Translations under genes and position numbers: made by a program
NCBI GenBank assembly: GCA_965113315.1
Contig: OZ220367.1
Reading direction: 5' to 3' (one strand)
DNA length: 64,000 nt
Source: Podarcis vaucheri
Lineage: Eukaryota
Shown: positions 51,607 to 64,000 of the stretch, piece after piece
Layout of the letters: each line of letters opens with the position of its first letter
How positions within the stretch are numbered: the stretch's first letter is position 1
Notes under the pieces: model-generated
Told to the model about the DNA's origin: nothing
What the model saw: only the letters and a program-made list of their open reading frames with translations
Database searches by the model: none

Positions 51607-51941
51607 GTTGGTCTATAATTTGTATTATGGCTTATTTTCACACTGTGGCAAAAAACTACACAATAATAAGTCGTACCTTTTCAAATAGTAGCATATGAGA
51701 CAGGAGTAGATTGTACATCATTGTGGTATTGAGAGATAATTCACAGCATGCAGAAGGCAATGATGTAATTTCCCCCTTCCGCTTTTCTTTGATTTTTTTT
51801 AGATCTTGTTAAAAAGGGGACTTACAGCTTTTATTAGCATTATATTCTTTTCCCCTGTGGGGGACAGTCTAGTTGTGTAAAACACAGGAGAAAAAAGTGT
51901 TTCTGAAAGTTGCTCATTATCTGTCCTTGTTTTTTAAACAG

Positions 51942-52109
51942 TCCCTCACTGCAGGGGTATTGCTCTTAGGATGCGTGAAAGAGTCTAATCAGTTTGAGCT
52001 GGTGATCAGCTTGCCCAATGGGCTCACTGGATTTGTGCAAGTGACACGTATAAGTGATGCCTACAATGAGATGCTGAATGAACAGGTGGCTACAGATGAG
52101 CACTTAGAG
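51942..52109 (+). CDS. PDCD11: PDCD11 coding exon 3 (S1 domain)
   Basis: SLTAGVLLLGCVKE...ISLPNGLTGFVQVTRISDAY. Confidence 0.95.
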
Positions 52110-52566
52110 GTAAGACAAGGTGCGTGTGTGTTACGTAGTTGTTTGGTGGGTTCTGCAAGTACCACCAAGCAGCAGGTTTCTTCTGTTCAAGGCATTGTCT
52201 TGCCTACTCTGTTTCCTGCTGTGTCCTGAAGAGGTCTACATTGTAGAAGACCATTTAGAGCTGCCTTTACAACACCTGACTTGCTTTGGTGCCAAGATGG
52301 GGAACTTGAGGCCATCCAGATGTTGTTAGCCATCCCCAACAGTTACAGCTAGAGGTGATGTGAGTTGTAGTCCAACATCTGGAGTGCCCTGCTTTAGTGT
52401 TTTGCACACTGCAAGAATGGAAGGATGTGCACTGAAATTAATATCTTCACAATTGAATAAAAACAAAAGAAGGTAGACCTTTTTTTAAAAAAACACTTCT
52501 AGATTTTGACTGACACATCCCATTCCAGTCTGGAACAACATATGCTGATGTGGTGTTTGCTCATTC

Positions 52567-53465
52567 TTTGGGGATATGTTTGTATTGAGGGAGAGAAAGG
52601 GTTAATAGGTTGACCAATAAGGAAGCCTGGAGGCAGAGCCTACCTGATTTTGAGGCTCAGCCCAGAGGTTTTGACAGTTAGTTCGGTTGGTTCTTTTTTG
52701 AGGGGGGGGGATAGATGAGTCAGAGTGATTTAGAGACAGGGACAAGACTGAGAGTCAATAGAGTGACAGCGTTTCGAATATATTTTTAAACTTGTTTGTG
52801 TTTGAAATAAACTTTAATCTTCATTGTTAACTCTACCTGACTGAAACTCAATACTTCACCGGGGAACCCTGGGTTTCCTCCCCACAAAATTGGTGGCAGC
52901 GGAAGAATAAAGTAGTGGTATACAGGTCAATAGTCCGTGAAACGACTGGGGCTCTGTACGAATGCCACAAAATTGGTGGTAGAGGTGGAATGAATACACC
53001 ATGAGGGGAAAGGTAAATCTGGGAATGATTACCTTATCCTGGGTGTGAAGATATATTGGTGTAGTTGTGGAAAAACCCAGTGTATGAGGCGAAGCCAACG
53101 TAATAAATTGAAAAGAGAACTTGAAGCTATTCTGGCAGAGGTTTTAGACTTGTGGTTGGGTGAAGGGAGCTTGCAGGGTCAGTTTGGAGACCCAGTGCAG
53201 GACTTCGGGGCCAGAGTCTTAAAGGGAACCTAGCCGGAGGGAATAGCAGTGAGAAAAATTTCTTATCTGACTGTTTTGCTGTCAAATCACACTCACTCGA
53301 AATGCCACCCAAAAAGCCAAGAAATCCTGTTAGGGAAACAACATACGAAAGAGAGGAAAATGGGAATCCTCAGGGAGAAGGGCAGAATTTAGAGGAAATA
53401 TTAGAAATTCCCTCTGGCTAGTTCCCTTTTAGACTCTGGCCCCGAAGTCCTGCATTGGGTCTCCA
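52567..53465 (+). mobile_element. Gypsy-type LTR retroelement 5' fragment (LTR, PBS, leader)
   Basis: AATAAA about 52806; LTR end CCCCACA at 52886; PBS TGGTGGCAGCGG 52891-52902; start coordinate approximate. Confidence 0.6.
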
Positions 53466-53720
53466 CACAGCCAGTAACATGAATTTCCTTTGGCTTGCCA
53501 TCTGTATTTTGGAGGAAATAAGCTTTGAATAGTTAAATGGCTGTATTGCAACCCCTTCAGTAATCAACATCCTCTGTAGCATGTTCAAAAATTCAGTTGT
53601 ATTACTTACAGCAGAACATTTTGTTTGGCCAATGTTTCAGAGTCAGTGACTAGATATTGCTGTTGCTGTTTTGATATGTTCCTTATTTTAGTCTTTATCC
53701 ATTAAACTATCGTTTTGCAG

Positions 53721-53882
53721 GATCTGAATTCTCTCTCAGATCTCTTTACCCCAGGAATGCTGGTCAGATGTGCTGTGGTTGGTGTGGAGAAGACTACTAC
53801 AGGTCGTCAGAGTATACAGCTAACAATCAACCCCAAAGATGTCAACAAGGCTTTGAATGCTGCCACTCTGAGACCTGGCATG
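53721..53882 (+). CDS. PDCD11: PDCD11 coding exon 4
   Basis: DLNSLSDLFTPGMLVRCAV...INPKDVNKALNAATLRPGM. Confidence 0.95.
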
Positions 53883-54500
53883 GTATGAAACATATGAATT
53901 ATCTGTTTACACCTGCCTTTCCAAAATTATGTCATGTAGCTTACAAAACATAAAATATAATAAAGCAAAATAAAAAGCACAAAACAACAATTAATAACAC
54001 TTTAGCAGATAAATAGCTTTGAAATGTAAAGTAACAATTGAAAGAAGCAGTAATAAAAACACAGTGTGATGAATTAAGATGTCTGGATAAATAAAAATGC
54101 CTTTATTTGGTGCCAGAAAGTCATCTATGTAGGTGCCAGGTATACAGACCTAGAGAGGGGCTTCCATGGAAAAGAACCTCTCTGGTATCATCACATACCC
54201 TAACCTCAGTAGCTGGGGAACCTGGCAATGGGCATCATCAGATGAGCTCAAAACATATCTCTTAATTTTTTGTGATTTGATATGGGAAAATGTTCTTGTG
54301 CCTTTTATAAGAATGCAGGGAATAGAATTTCAGCAGGTGCAGATATCTTGTCCTAATATTGCTGTGAAGGGTATAGGTCTCATTTGTGGGAGCCCAAAGT
54401 CCTCTTTCTTTTCAGGGAAACTTGAGTGCTTGAGGAGGGAGGAACAACAACAAGGAGTCTGATAAAATTTCCTTTAAGCTTACACTTCTTCTCCAAACAG

Positions 54501-54624
54501 CTGCTCTCTGGCTGCATCTCTAGTGTGGAAGATCACGGCTACCTTATTGACATAGGCATCCCATCAACAAAAGCTTTTCTGCCTCGTCAGAAAGCCAAGG
54601 CCTACCTGCAGTCAGCCAACAAAG
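54501..54624 (+). CDS. PDCD11: PDCD11 coding exon 5
   Basis: LLSGCISSVEDHGYLIDIGIPSTKAFLP. Confidence 0.95.
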
Positions 54625-54869
54625 GTATAACTATACTTAGGAGTACTGGGTTTAAGGCAGGGGGAGAAGCAAATGGGTGGTTTAGAGAACTGTAAAATCT
54701 TAGATTTGGGAGTTACCAGAGGCAGAATTTACTGCCCAATGTGTGTGTGTGTGTTTGAGAGAGAGATTCTTGAGTACATATCATTGTACAGTAACTTATA
54801 AGCGGCCAGCTGTTGCCTGGCTTCTCTTGTTTAGGAAGCTTTTTATGCAAGGTGGAGTATTTCAGTCTA

Positions 54870-55878
54870 TAATAATAATAAAAGTAATAATTTATTATTT
54901 ATACCCCGCCCATCTGGTTGAGTTTCCCCAGCCACTCTGGGCGGCTCCCAATCAAGTATTAAAAATGATACAGCGTTAAATATTAAAAACGTCCCTGAAC
55001 AGGGCTGCCTTCAGATGTCTTTTAAAGATAGGATAGCTACTTATTTCATTCACATCTGAAGAGAGGGTGTTCCACAGGGTGGGCGCCACTACTGAGAAGG
55101 CCCTCTGTCTGGTTCCCTGTAACCTCACTTCTCACAATGAGGGAACCGCCAGAAGGTCCTTGGCGCTGGATCTCAGTGTCCGGGCTGAACAATAGGGGTG
55201 GAGATGCTCCTTCAGGTATACAGGACCGAGGCCGTTTAGGGCTTTAAAGGTCAGCACCAACACTTTGAATTGTGCTCAGAAACGTCCAAGCGGGAGATAA
55301 CTAGAGCATGCACCACTCTGGTGAGACAGTCCGCGGGCAGGTAGGGTCTTAGCCTGCGTACCAGGTGGAGCTGGTAGACAGCTGCCCTGGACACAGAATT
55401 AACCTGCGCCTCCATGGACAGCTATGAGTCCACAATGACTCCCAGGCTGCGCACCTGGTCCTTCAGGGGGCACAGTTACCCTATTCAGGACCAGGGAATC
55501 CCCCCCACCCCCAAAAACAGTACTTCTGTCTTGTCAGGATTCAACCTCAATCTGTTAGCTGCCATCCATCCTCCTACCACCTCCAGGCACTCACACAGGA
55601 CCTTCACCGCCTTCACTGGTTCTGATTTAAAGGAGAGGTAGAGCTGGGTGTCATCTGCATACTGATGATGATCTCTCCCAGCGGCTTCATATAGATATTA
55701 AAAAGCATGGGGGAGAGGACGGAACCCTGAGGCACCCCACAAGTGAGAGCCCAGGGGTCTGAACACTCATCCCCCAACACCACTTTCTGGACACGGCCCA
55801 GGAGAAAGGAGCGGAACCACCGTATAACAGTGCCCCCAGCTGCCAGCACCTCTAGACGGCCCAGAAGGATGTTATGGT
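54870..55878 (-). mobile_element. L2-clade LINE 3' fragment
   Basis: RT motifs WFRSFL..GVPQGSVLSPMLFNIYM and frameshifted YADD; (ATT)n tail. Confidence 0.88.
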
Positions 55879-56023
55879 CTAGGATGAAAAGCCTTTTAAT
55901 GTGATGAACATGTGAAAGGATTTCAGAAGTAGCTGGTGCCAGGAAATAATGGCCATAGTGATAGAAAGGTAATGTCAAAACTTTGCTGAAAAGTGATGAT
56001 AGTTGCATGTGTTGGTCTCTTAG

Positions 56024-56205
56024 GGACTGAGCTGAAGGTAGGCCAATACTTCAACTGCCTTATTGAAGAAGTAAAGAATGGTGGGAGGATAATCCGCATG
56101 GCCATTGATCAGTCGGAGGTTGCTGCAGCTATTGCCACAGAAGAACAAAACTGGTCCCTTGGCAATTTGCTACCTGGGCTGGTGGTGAAAGCCCAGATTC
56201 AGGAG
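56024..56205 (+). CDS. PDCD11: PDCD11 coding exon 6
   Basis: TELKVGQYFNCLIEEVK...NLLPGLVVKAQIQE. Confidence 0.95.
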
Positions 56206-56849
56206 GTAAGCTGTTCTTTACGAATTAATATACTAATCTTATTCTCTTCTCTCTTGGAAGAGTACAGTGAAATTATTAAATTCCCTAACACATCTGCATT
56301 TTAAACAAAAAATGCATTTGCTTTTTCACAACTTTGAATTGTTCCAGTCTGACTACTGAGGTTGGTTAAAATATAAGGATAATTGCAAAAATAGAGGCTT
56401 TTGTTGGAAACATCTATGACCCTGTGCCTGAACCATATGAGGTTTTTTGTTTTTTTCCCTTCTAGCTTACCCTAGATTTTTAAAAATCTCTATAGGGTGA
56501 TATTCAACATTAGCCCTACTCAAGCTACCCCATTGAAGTTAATGGACACGACTTAGGTTCATTAATTTCAATGTGTCTACTCTGAGTAGGACTTGGTTGA
56601 GTACCACCCTAAAATGTTATTAAATCTAGTGATTTACAGCATAATTTGGAACCACCACAAAATAATCATTAATATTGTATACATATAAGCATGTAATACA
56701 TATAAACCATAAAACACACATTTACATTTTATGATAGCCACATTAGAACTCAATATTCATCTAATACTCATCTAGATCTGTCAGAGAAATTCTTCTGTTT
56801 AATTTTACATCTTGCAGGGCAATTTTTGTTTCCTTTTGAATATTTCCAG

Positions 56850-56957
56850 GTGACTCCTTTTGGAATTTCTCTAAGTTTTCTGTCTTCCTTCTCTGGACTT
56901 GTGGACTACATGCACATGAGTTCTACAAAAACAAGAAACTACTCACCAGGTCAGACG
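56850..56957 (+). CDS. PDCD11: PDCD11 coding exon 7
   Basis: VTPFGISLSFLSSFSGLVDYMHMSSTKTRNYSPGQT. Confidence 0.94.
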
Positions 56958-57165
56958 GTAAGTGATTTTATAGCAAGGCTTAAATTGTGTTAAGGTGGTG
57001 CTGCAGGATTTGGTTAAGATATGAATTGAACGGTTGCATCTCTGTATGGTTTCACCATAGTCATGGAGGCTAGAATGTTTAAGAGAAGTAAAGTACCATT
57101 CTCAGCACATTCCCTATTTTTCCTACAAACTTAACACCTCCCCCCCTTTGTGTTTTCCCCTCCAG

Positions 57166-57372
57166 GTGAAAGCATGCATTCTCTTCAACAATCCTACCTC
57201 CAAGGCAATACGCCTATCTCTGCGCCCAGTTTTCCTCCAGCCTGGCACTCAACTTGGCAAGCTGTCTAGTGATCAGATTGGCAGGGTTGTTCCAGACTCC
57301 ACAGTTGAGACCTTTCTCAAAAAGACTGGTGCCATCTTCAAGCTGGATAGTGGCTGCCTAGCTTTTGCACAT
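57166..57372 (+). CDS. PDCD11: PDCD11 coding exon 8
   Basis: VKACILFNNPTSKAIRLSLRPVFLQPG...GCLAFAH. Confidence 0.94.
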
Positions 57373-57801
57373 GTAAGTAACTCAATGCTGATTGCATCTT
57401 CTAGGAGGGTAGACTGTTTCAACCATCATGGCTGATGTTTGGAGAGCAGTACATCAGCACTTTTTCCCGTTACCAATTCAATACATAGATGTGTCTTGGC
57501 ATCTGTTTGTGAATGTATTATATGATGTCTTAATTTGTGCTGGAGTATTGAGAAGAGCCCAGAGTCAGAAGGTAGCAAAGAGCTTTTCTAGATTCTTTTG
57601 TTGTTTGCTCGCCTTTGTTAGATGCGATCATAACCTCTGTTGTCACATTGTGATTCATATAGGAAGGTAGAATCAGACAGATGCAGCATCTAGGCTTTGC
57701 TTTGCTTTGCTTTCTGGATTAAGGCATGGTTAATCCTAAACTAGAAAATTGGATTTATAATTTAATCTTCATTTTCTGCACTATCTTTATACCTCTTTCA
57801 G

Positions 57802-57926
57802 ATAAAACATCTTTCAGATACTGCCAAATCTTTCAAACCTGCAGCATTCAAGCCTGGAAGCAAGCATAAATGCCGAATTCTTGACTACAGCCCAATGGAT
57901 GATGTGGTGGTGGTGTCTCTCAAACA
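57802..57926 (+). CDS. PDCD11: PDCD11 coding exon 9
   Basis: IKHLSD...[26 protein letters not shown]. Confidence 0.94.
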
Positions 57927-58583
57927 GTAAGCTTTAGAGTACAATTTGAATGAACCAATCTGAGAAGTGTTTTTATATAATCATATTTCCATGTCTTAAA
58001 TTCTATGCATAGATGGAACTTCCTTATGCCTGACAGATAATACATTTCAGTTGGGACGTATGTCCCATTGCTTTCAGAACAACTGAGATGGCTACATTAT
58101 GCACACCTGTGCAGTGGATTGCATCTGCACATTAAAAAAATTGGTTCCATAGGTATCCAAACTTTCTACCTTCAGGTGATATTTTGCTCCTTAAGTTACA
58201 AAGGAAATTCTGTTGAGGTCCATTCTAGCATCTGATGAATTTCTGTCCAGGCACATCCATTACCCACCCCATGTACACCAAGGCCACACCAAGGCTAGAT
58301 CATGGCACACAATGTGACTGATATTTAGCCCAATGATACCCTACCTCATTTAGATCATATATACCAGTTTCATACTGACAGCACAGATATAAAAAGAGCC
58401 AGTATAGTATACAGTGGCAGGCCAGGAACGTAGGAGACCAGGGTTCAAATCTCCACTTGGTGACCTGTTTAGAAGGGCAGGAGGAAGAATCGGAGGTGGG
58501 GGTGAATCAGTTCTCTTTACTCTTTCATCTGTTTCTCTTCCACCACACAGATCAATTTTCACTTCCCTTCTTTTTGTTTGCAG

Positions 58584-58644
58584 ACACATTATTGAGGCTC
58601 CATTCCTGAGATACCATGATATTCATCCGGGACAGGTGGTGGAA
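58584..58644 (+). CDS. PDCD11: PDCD11 coding exon 10
   Basis: HIIEAPFLRYHDIHPGQVVE. Confidence 0.93.
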
Positions 58645-59398
58645 GTAAGTTCAAGGAGAGAGAGAAACATCCTTGGAATCTTGTTTATCTTGCTGAACAA
58701 ACCTGAGGCGAGGGCTTTGGTTCAATTTTGTCCAGCAAGTATTTCCTTCTGACTTGGGTGCTTAATGCCTCTTGGAACCTAAATCCTGCTGTGTGACATT
58801 AATGGAACGCTATTAATTTCACTGTAGGCTAGCAGAGCCGTTGCATTAGTTGTACGGAAATCAGTCTGGTTTCTGCTACATTCCACAAAGTTACGTGCAA
58901 TGGATTTGCCTATCATTTAGTCTGTGTAATCATGCTTTGTTTAGATACTTATATGCTGATTTTTAGGGAAACCTTGCCAGGCAGTCTACATAAAAAGATT
59001 TAAATAATGAGCATCAACTAGACTGTATGATAAAACAATAAACATAAGCTTCAAGGGGAAATGTAATTATTGAAAGCTAGATCTCTCTTCCCTTCAAGAT
59101 GGTTCTTAAGTAACGCTGTAGTAGCAGCTGAGGGGAGAGGGACACTTGGGGGCTGGGGTAGCCAATGTGGTGACCTCCAGATGCCTGCCCAATTTATATC
59201 CCAACCTTCCTCCCAACGGAGTTGTTGGACTGCAGCTCCCATCACCTCTGACTGTTTGTCATGCTGGCTGAGGCTGATGGGAGTTAGAGTCAAAGATTTG
59301 GAATGCCCCACATTCACTTCCTCAAAGATAGATGGTGGGCATCTCCTCTTTCTGTTCTAGTTTTCCTTGCTTTCTGATCCCTCGTTCTTTTGGATTAG

Positions 59399-59545
59399 GG
59401 CACGGTGTTGGCTCTGAAGCCCTTTGGCATGCAAGTAAAGGTGACTGAGCACATCAAGGGCCTGGTTCCCCGACTGCATCTGGCAGATGTGCTTCTGAAA
59501 CAGCCAGAGAAGAAATACAGTGTGGGGAGCACTGTCCGGTGTCGG
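59399..59545 (+). CDS. PDCD11: PDCD11 coding exon 11
   Basis: [15 protein letters not shown]...[23 protein letters not shown]. Confidence 0.95.
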
Positions 59546-60139
59546 GTAAGAACTCTCTGTAAGGGACCACTTTGCCCTGCTGTGGTTCTGTGGGTAACAT
59601 TAGGTTGGATGTGCAAAACCTAGGTTCAGAATCCCTCTCAGCCATTGTGTTTACTGTGTAATCCCTTGGATCAGTTACTATCTCTCAACCTAGCTTATTC
59701 AGAGTTGTAGTGAATTAAAATGGGGACAATGACATGTATTCATAATTTCTAATATTTCTATTTTACCTACTCAGAAGAACTCGCTGAGTTCTGTGGGACT
59801 TGCTGGCAGGTGTGTAGGATTACAGCCCCACAGGACATTGTCAGCCACATTAGGACCCATGCAGTGGCCTATTTAGCTTGCAGATCAGAGATTCCCCATG
59901 CCTATTTTGAATAGTTAAAGAAGTGTTATTCAGGTCCTGTTACAGGATGAGCTCTGCCTCTGACAGCTACCTCCTAACCTTTCATAGCCCTTATTTTTCT
60001 AAGCTGATGGGTTGTGCCAGCTGTATTAGGACTGATCCCATGCGTTCCAAGCTGACATTTTGGACGTTCCTTCATTTTGGTTCAATTGCAGTTTCCTGCC
60101 AGTTGGCATACATAATTCCAGTTTCTTCTCCTCCTCCAG

Positions 60140-60391
60140 GTGCTTTCCTGCAATCCTGAAGCAAGGAAACTCGCTCTGACGCTTAAGAGAACACTTGTCA
60201 ATTCCAAACTCCCTGCCCTTTCCAGTTTTGAAGATGCAAAGCCAGGCTTGACCACCCATGGTTTTGTTGCCTGTGCTAGGGAGTTTGGCTGCATTGTGAA
60301 ATTCTACAACGACATAAAGGGCCTTGTCCCCAAAACTGAGCTTGGTGGGGCACCTTCAATTGTTCCTCAGGAAACATTTTATGCAGGCCAG
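60140..60391 (+). CDS. PDCD11: PDCD11 coding exon 12
   Basis: VLSCNPEARKLALTLKRTLV...FGCIVKFYNDIKGLVP...FYAGQ. Confidence 0.95.
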
Positions 60392-60867
60392 GTAAAAGCT
60401 GGGTAAAAGTAAAAAGTCTGATTGTCCTTGATATAAATTTTTCAGTTGTTAATAGCACTACACATTTGCATAACAGATTTGCATAACATCTTTAATGCAC
60501 ATACATTTGTTTAGTGATAGAACATGAATGGCAGATTATTGTTACTGAATTCGTAGGACCCTTGATATGCTTATGTAGTAGGACATAGCAGTAGTCTCTC
60601 TTCCTCTCTTGAAAAACATTTAAATAAAAGATTTTGAACTACTAGTAAAATGACTTACATTTGTTACTTTAACACAGAGAGAGGCATAAAGCCAGTGGAA
60701 AGTTACAGAACGTCCACGTTTTATCCAGCTAAAGTGGAGGGAAATGGGTTAGGACCCAAATAGGATGCAGTAGAGGGATGTCGGGGGACACATTCAGGTG
60801 GTCCTGTTTTTGAAGTGTGAGAGAGAACATGTCTGCAATACGAAGATTCTTTTGTTTTGCCAATCAG

Positions 60868-61011
60868 GTGGTCAAAGTGATTGTCTTAAAATGTGAGCCT
60901 GAGCAGGAGAGACTGCTGCTGTCATTCAAGCTGACAAATGAAGCACTAGCTGAGGATGGTGGAGAAAAAAAGACATCAAAGAAGCGAGAAGTAACATATG
61001 AAACCGGACAG
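60868..61011 (+). CDS. PDCD11: PDCD11 coding exon 13
   Basis: VVKVIVLKCEPEQERLLLSFKL...YETGQ. Confidence 0.94.
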
Positions 61012-61865
61012 GTAATTTATTCTAAAAGATGTCCCTTCCCTTTCCCTGTTGACATTCTCCTGAGGATGCTAGAAGCAAAGACAAGAATTTATGATATTTC
61101 TAACTTGGGTTTTATTTCATACAAAATGATCAGATTATCAGTTCATATATCTTAAGAAGGACTATGCTATGGGGTCCCAATTATAGTACTACTTCATGCA
61201 AACATGGAGCATTTCTGTTGGATTTAAACCATTTATTCTAACTTGAAGTGTTCTGCACATCAGAATAAATGCTCAATCTGGTTGGTCTAGATTTAAATTT
61301 AAACATAAATTATTATCTTCACTTTGAACTCCACTCGCATGTTCATCAGTATACCAACACTTTATATTGTTTCATTAATAACCTAAGAAGAAAAATGACT
61401 ATTGCACTTACTTAATCTAAGCACAACTAGAAGGGCTGGTGATTAGGCATTTAGCTATGCGATGATGAATGTTATCTGTCAACTATATTCTATCCTGTTC
61501 CCCACCTCCTTTTAAAAAATCAATTCACAAACCAAGAACTTATACAATGACCACTAATAATGAACTATTTATTGTAGATATTGCTGCAGATTTATTATGC
61601 TATTTTTGTTATATTCAAATAAGAACCGTTTTATTTATTTGTATCGATTATTATTCCTATGATCCTTGTTTATAAAACCCAATAAAAAGTTATTCCAAAA
61701 AATAAAAAATGCTCCTAGACTTTAAATTTGATTGTTGAGATGATTTCTTTCTTTTATCTTTTAAGTTGCTTGCATTTTGAGAAACCTTGTTATCCTGGGA
61801 ATATTGCATTTTAGGCGATGGCCTTCCACGTATTAAAAAAGTGTCGCCTTTTTTCTCTTGCTCAG

Positions 61866-62060
61866 ATTGTTGATGTAAAAATTCTGAGGAAAAAAGAAGA
61901 TGGCCTTGAAGTTACAATCTTGCCGGACAATGTTTTCGCCTACCTTTCTACAAATCATCTCTCTGACTATGTGTCCAGTAGCAAGTTGTGGTGGTCCTGT
62001 CTTAAAGCAGATGATATTCTCCATAGAGTGTTATGCCTCCATGACAAGGGAGGTCATGTT
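61866..62060 (+). CDS. PDCD11: PDCD11 coding exon 14 (followed by U12-type intron)
   Basis: IVDVKILRKKEDGLEV...HLSDYV...CLHDKGGHV|GTATCCTT. Confidence 0.93.
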
Positions 62061-62598
62061 GTATCCTTGTAAAGTCCAGCCAAGCTTGGTGAAATCATTT
62101 AGCCATTTTATGTTGTACAACAGCGTTAACTTGCATTGCTTTGCATATATTGTCTCCCAGACAAGTGACATTCAAAGATTCTGTGTGTGTCAGTTTTACC
62201 CCTCTATGTCTATGCAGTCTGAAGGAAAGAAATTGTCTTAGAAGATTTTTTAGATGGAGGGAGAGTAGTCTTTAGTATCTTCACCACCTAGGTTTTTGGA
62301 TGAAGCATTTTTTAAAAAATGGCTGTCTGCCAATTGGGATCCAATGGAATCTTGTTGCTGACAGAACTTTTTCTTTCCCCCCTGCAGAATCTGAATGGAA
62401 TCAGGCAGTTGGTTGGTTGCAACATGATCTTACTTTTTGCCACAATTATGTCCTACATCCCCTGTGTTATAACAGTCTGCCTACCTCCCCCTCTATGTTG
62501 ATAGCCATTGGTGAAATGCTTGTTTTGTGGCTGCCAAATAAAACCAAACTACCAGTACGCTCCTTCTCCCCAATTTTATTCCTTGACCCATTGTTTAG
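62061..62598 (+). other. U12-type (minor spliceosome) GT-AG intron
   Basis: 5' site GTATCCTT; branch TTCCTTGAC 62579-62587 with A 12 nt before the 3' end. Confidence 0.9.
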
Positions 62599-62769
62599 AC
62601 CCTGAGCAGAAAGCCATCGGTGATTTCAGCAATTGAGGAGGAACGGGTGGTGAAGAGCTTTTCAGACATCCAGCCTGGATTGCTGCTGACTGGCTTTGTG
62701 AGAAACGTCATGCCTTATGGTGTGTTTGTGGAGTTTCCATATGGTCTGACAGGGCTGGCACCCAAGTCG
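62599..62769 (+). CDS. PDCD11: PDCD11 coding exon 15
   Basis: TLSRKPSVISAIEE...GFVRNVMPYGVFVEFPYGLTGLAPKS. Confidence 0.94.
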
Positions 62770-63026
62770 GTAAGGCATGTTGCATTGTCCCTGCTAAAAT
62801 AGGTTTATTCACAGATGTTGAGGAAGAGGTGCTTTCTAGTTGAAATAATCTCTTATGCTGCACTACTCAAGGATCAAAATTCCTGCTGAGAGGAGTTCTC
62901 TAGATGGATTTGGGAGTAAGGGCACAAAATAATACATAGGAGCTTCCTGCTTGCAAGTGGTGTGAGAAAACCTGTTTTCTAGTGGTATGTTTTGAACTGC
63001 AGGCATTCAAGATGGCCCCCATCTAT

Positions 63027-63180
63027 AGGTAAAGGTAAAGGACCCCTGGATGATTAAGTTCAGTCAAAGGTGACTGTGCAGTACAGCACTCATCTTGCTT
63101 CAGGCCGAGGGAGCCGGCATTGGTCCGCAGACAGCTTTCTGGGTCATGTGGCCAGCATGACTAAACTGCTTCTGGTGCAA
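63027..63180 (-). mobile_element. Truncated Sauria SINE
   Basis: aggtaaaggtaaaggacccctg and gggtcatgtggccagcatgac shared with the other copies. Confidence 0.8.
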
Positions 63181-63631
63181 CCATCCATAGCCATGCCCCC
63201 AAAGAGCATAAAACAGTTGTGCTGATCCATATATACACTTGTCGCATTCCCCAAAGAGCAGTAGTACATGGCACAATTTCCGGTTTATTAGCATCAGCTG
63301 AATGTCAAAGAATAGATGTTTATAGAACAAATTTGACTTTTAAAACACATTGAACGTTATCCAAAGATCTTCAGCTAGCTGAAAATGCAACCATTAGTCT
63401 TTACTTAGAAAGGCAAACAATCTAGCGATGAAATGTTAATTAGACTGCTAGCATGAAGTAGCTAATAGAGCTGTCTCTAACTCAGCCTAGGTAAAAGCTT
63501 TCTTGTTTGGAACTGTTTTGATTGCATTCCTTCCTTTCTGGAAGTCTTGAGGCTGGTGGTGTTGATAGCTCTCTTGCAAAGGCACTCTTAAGGAACAGTA
63601 TTAATTGGTTCTTATCTCCTAATTGCTATAG

Positions 63632-63851
63632 GCAATGAGTGACAAGTTTGTGACAGACACCAAAGACCATTATGTGGTAGGTCAGACTGTAGTTGCCAAA
63701 GTGACCAGCATTGACGAGGAGAAGCAACGCATTCTGCTGTCCCTGAAGGTGTCTGAGTGCTCCTCCGAGGATTCTGTTTCTGAGAGTTTCTGTTTGCTGC
63801 ACAAATACTTCAAGGAGCTGCAGGAGATCAAGAGTATCAGGAGTGGAAGAG
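63632..63851 (+). CDS. PDCD11: PDCD11 coding exon 16 (gene continues past window end)
   Basis: AMSDKFVTDTKDHYVVGQTVVAKVTSIDEEKQRILLSLK. Confidence 0.94.
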
Positions 63852-64000
63852 GTAAAGGCTGTCATGATGATAAAAGATGGCCCATGCAAACCTTGTGTTG
63901 GCCACATACACACAGTGGATGCATGTGAGCGTCCTGGTTTTGGGGAACAGGCTTAGAGCACCTTTTCTCAACATTTTGTCTGAAATCAGGAGGCCTAGGA

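Noticed and set aside
55613-56008. 131-aa reverse-transcriptase-like ORF
   Set aside because: Truncated, frameshifted L2 LINE remnant

Overview
Vertebrate genomic DNA, most likely a squamate reptile (lacertid-type lizard, judged from Sauria SINEs and the CR1/L2/BovB/Penelope repeat mix). It holds the conserved syntenic block PCGF6 (minus, 10 coding exons, about 332 aa, complete), TAF5 (plus, 11 exons, about 805 aa, complete), ATP5MK/USMG5 (minus, 59 aa, complete) and PDCD11/RRP5 (plus, first 16 coding exons, running off the window end). PCGF6/TAF5 and ATP5MK/PDCD11 are head-to-head pairs on CpG-rich promoters. Exons were assembled by hand from splice signals and reading-frame phase, and all junctions join in frame. 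Items worth a second look: an intact minimal hammerhead ribozyme in a Penelope-like insertion in PCGF6 intron 9; a U12-type minor intron in PDCD11; a perfect 57-bp tandem duplication in the ATP5MK 5' region that could produce a spliced uORF; an LTR/PBS fragment with a foldback in PDCD11; and low-confidence orphan exon candidates in the first 4 kb, one resembling a TIR C-terminus. I found no clearly new multi-gene system.
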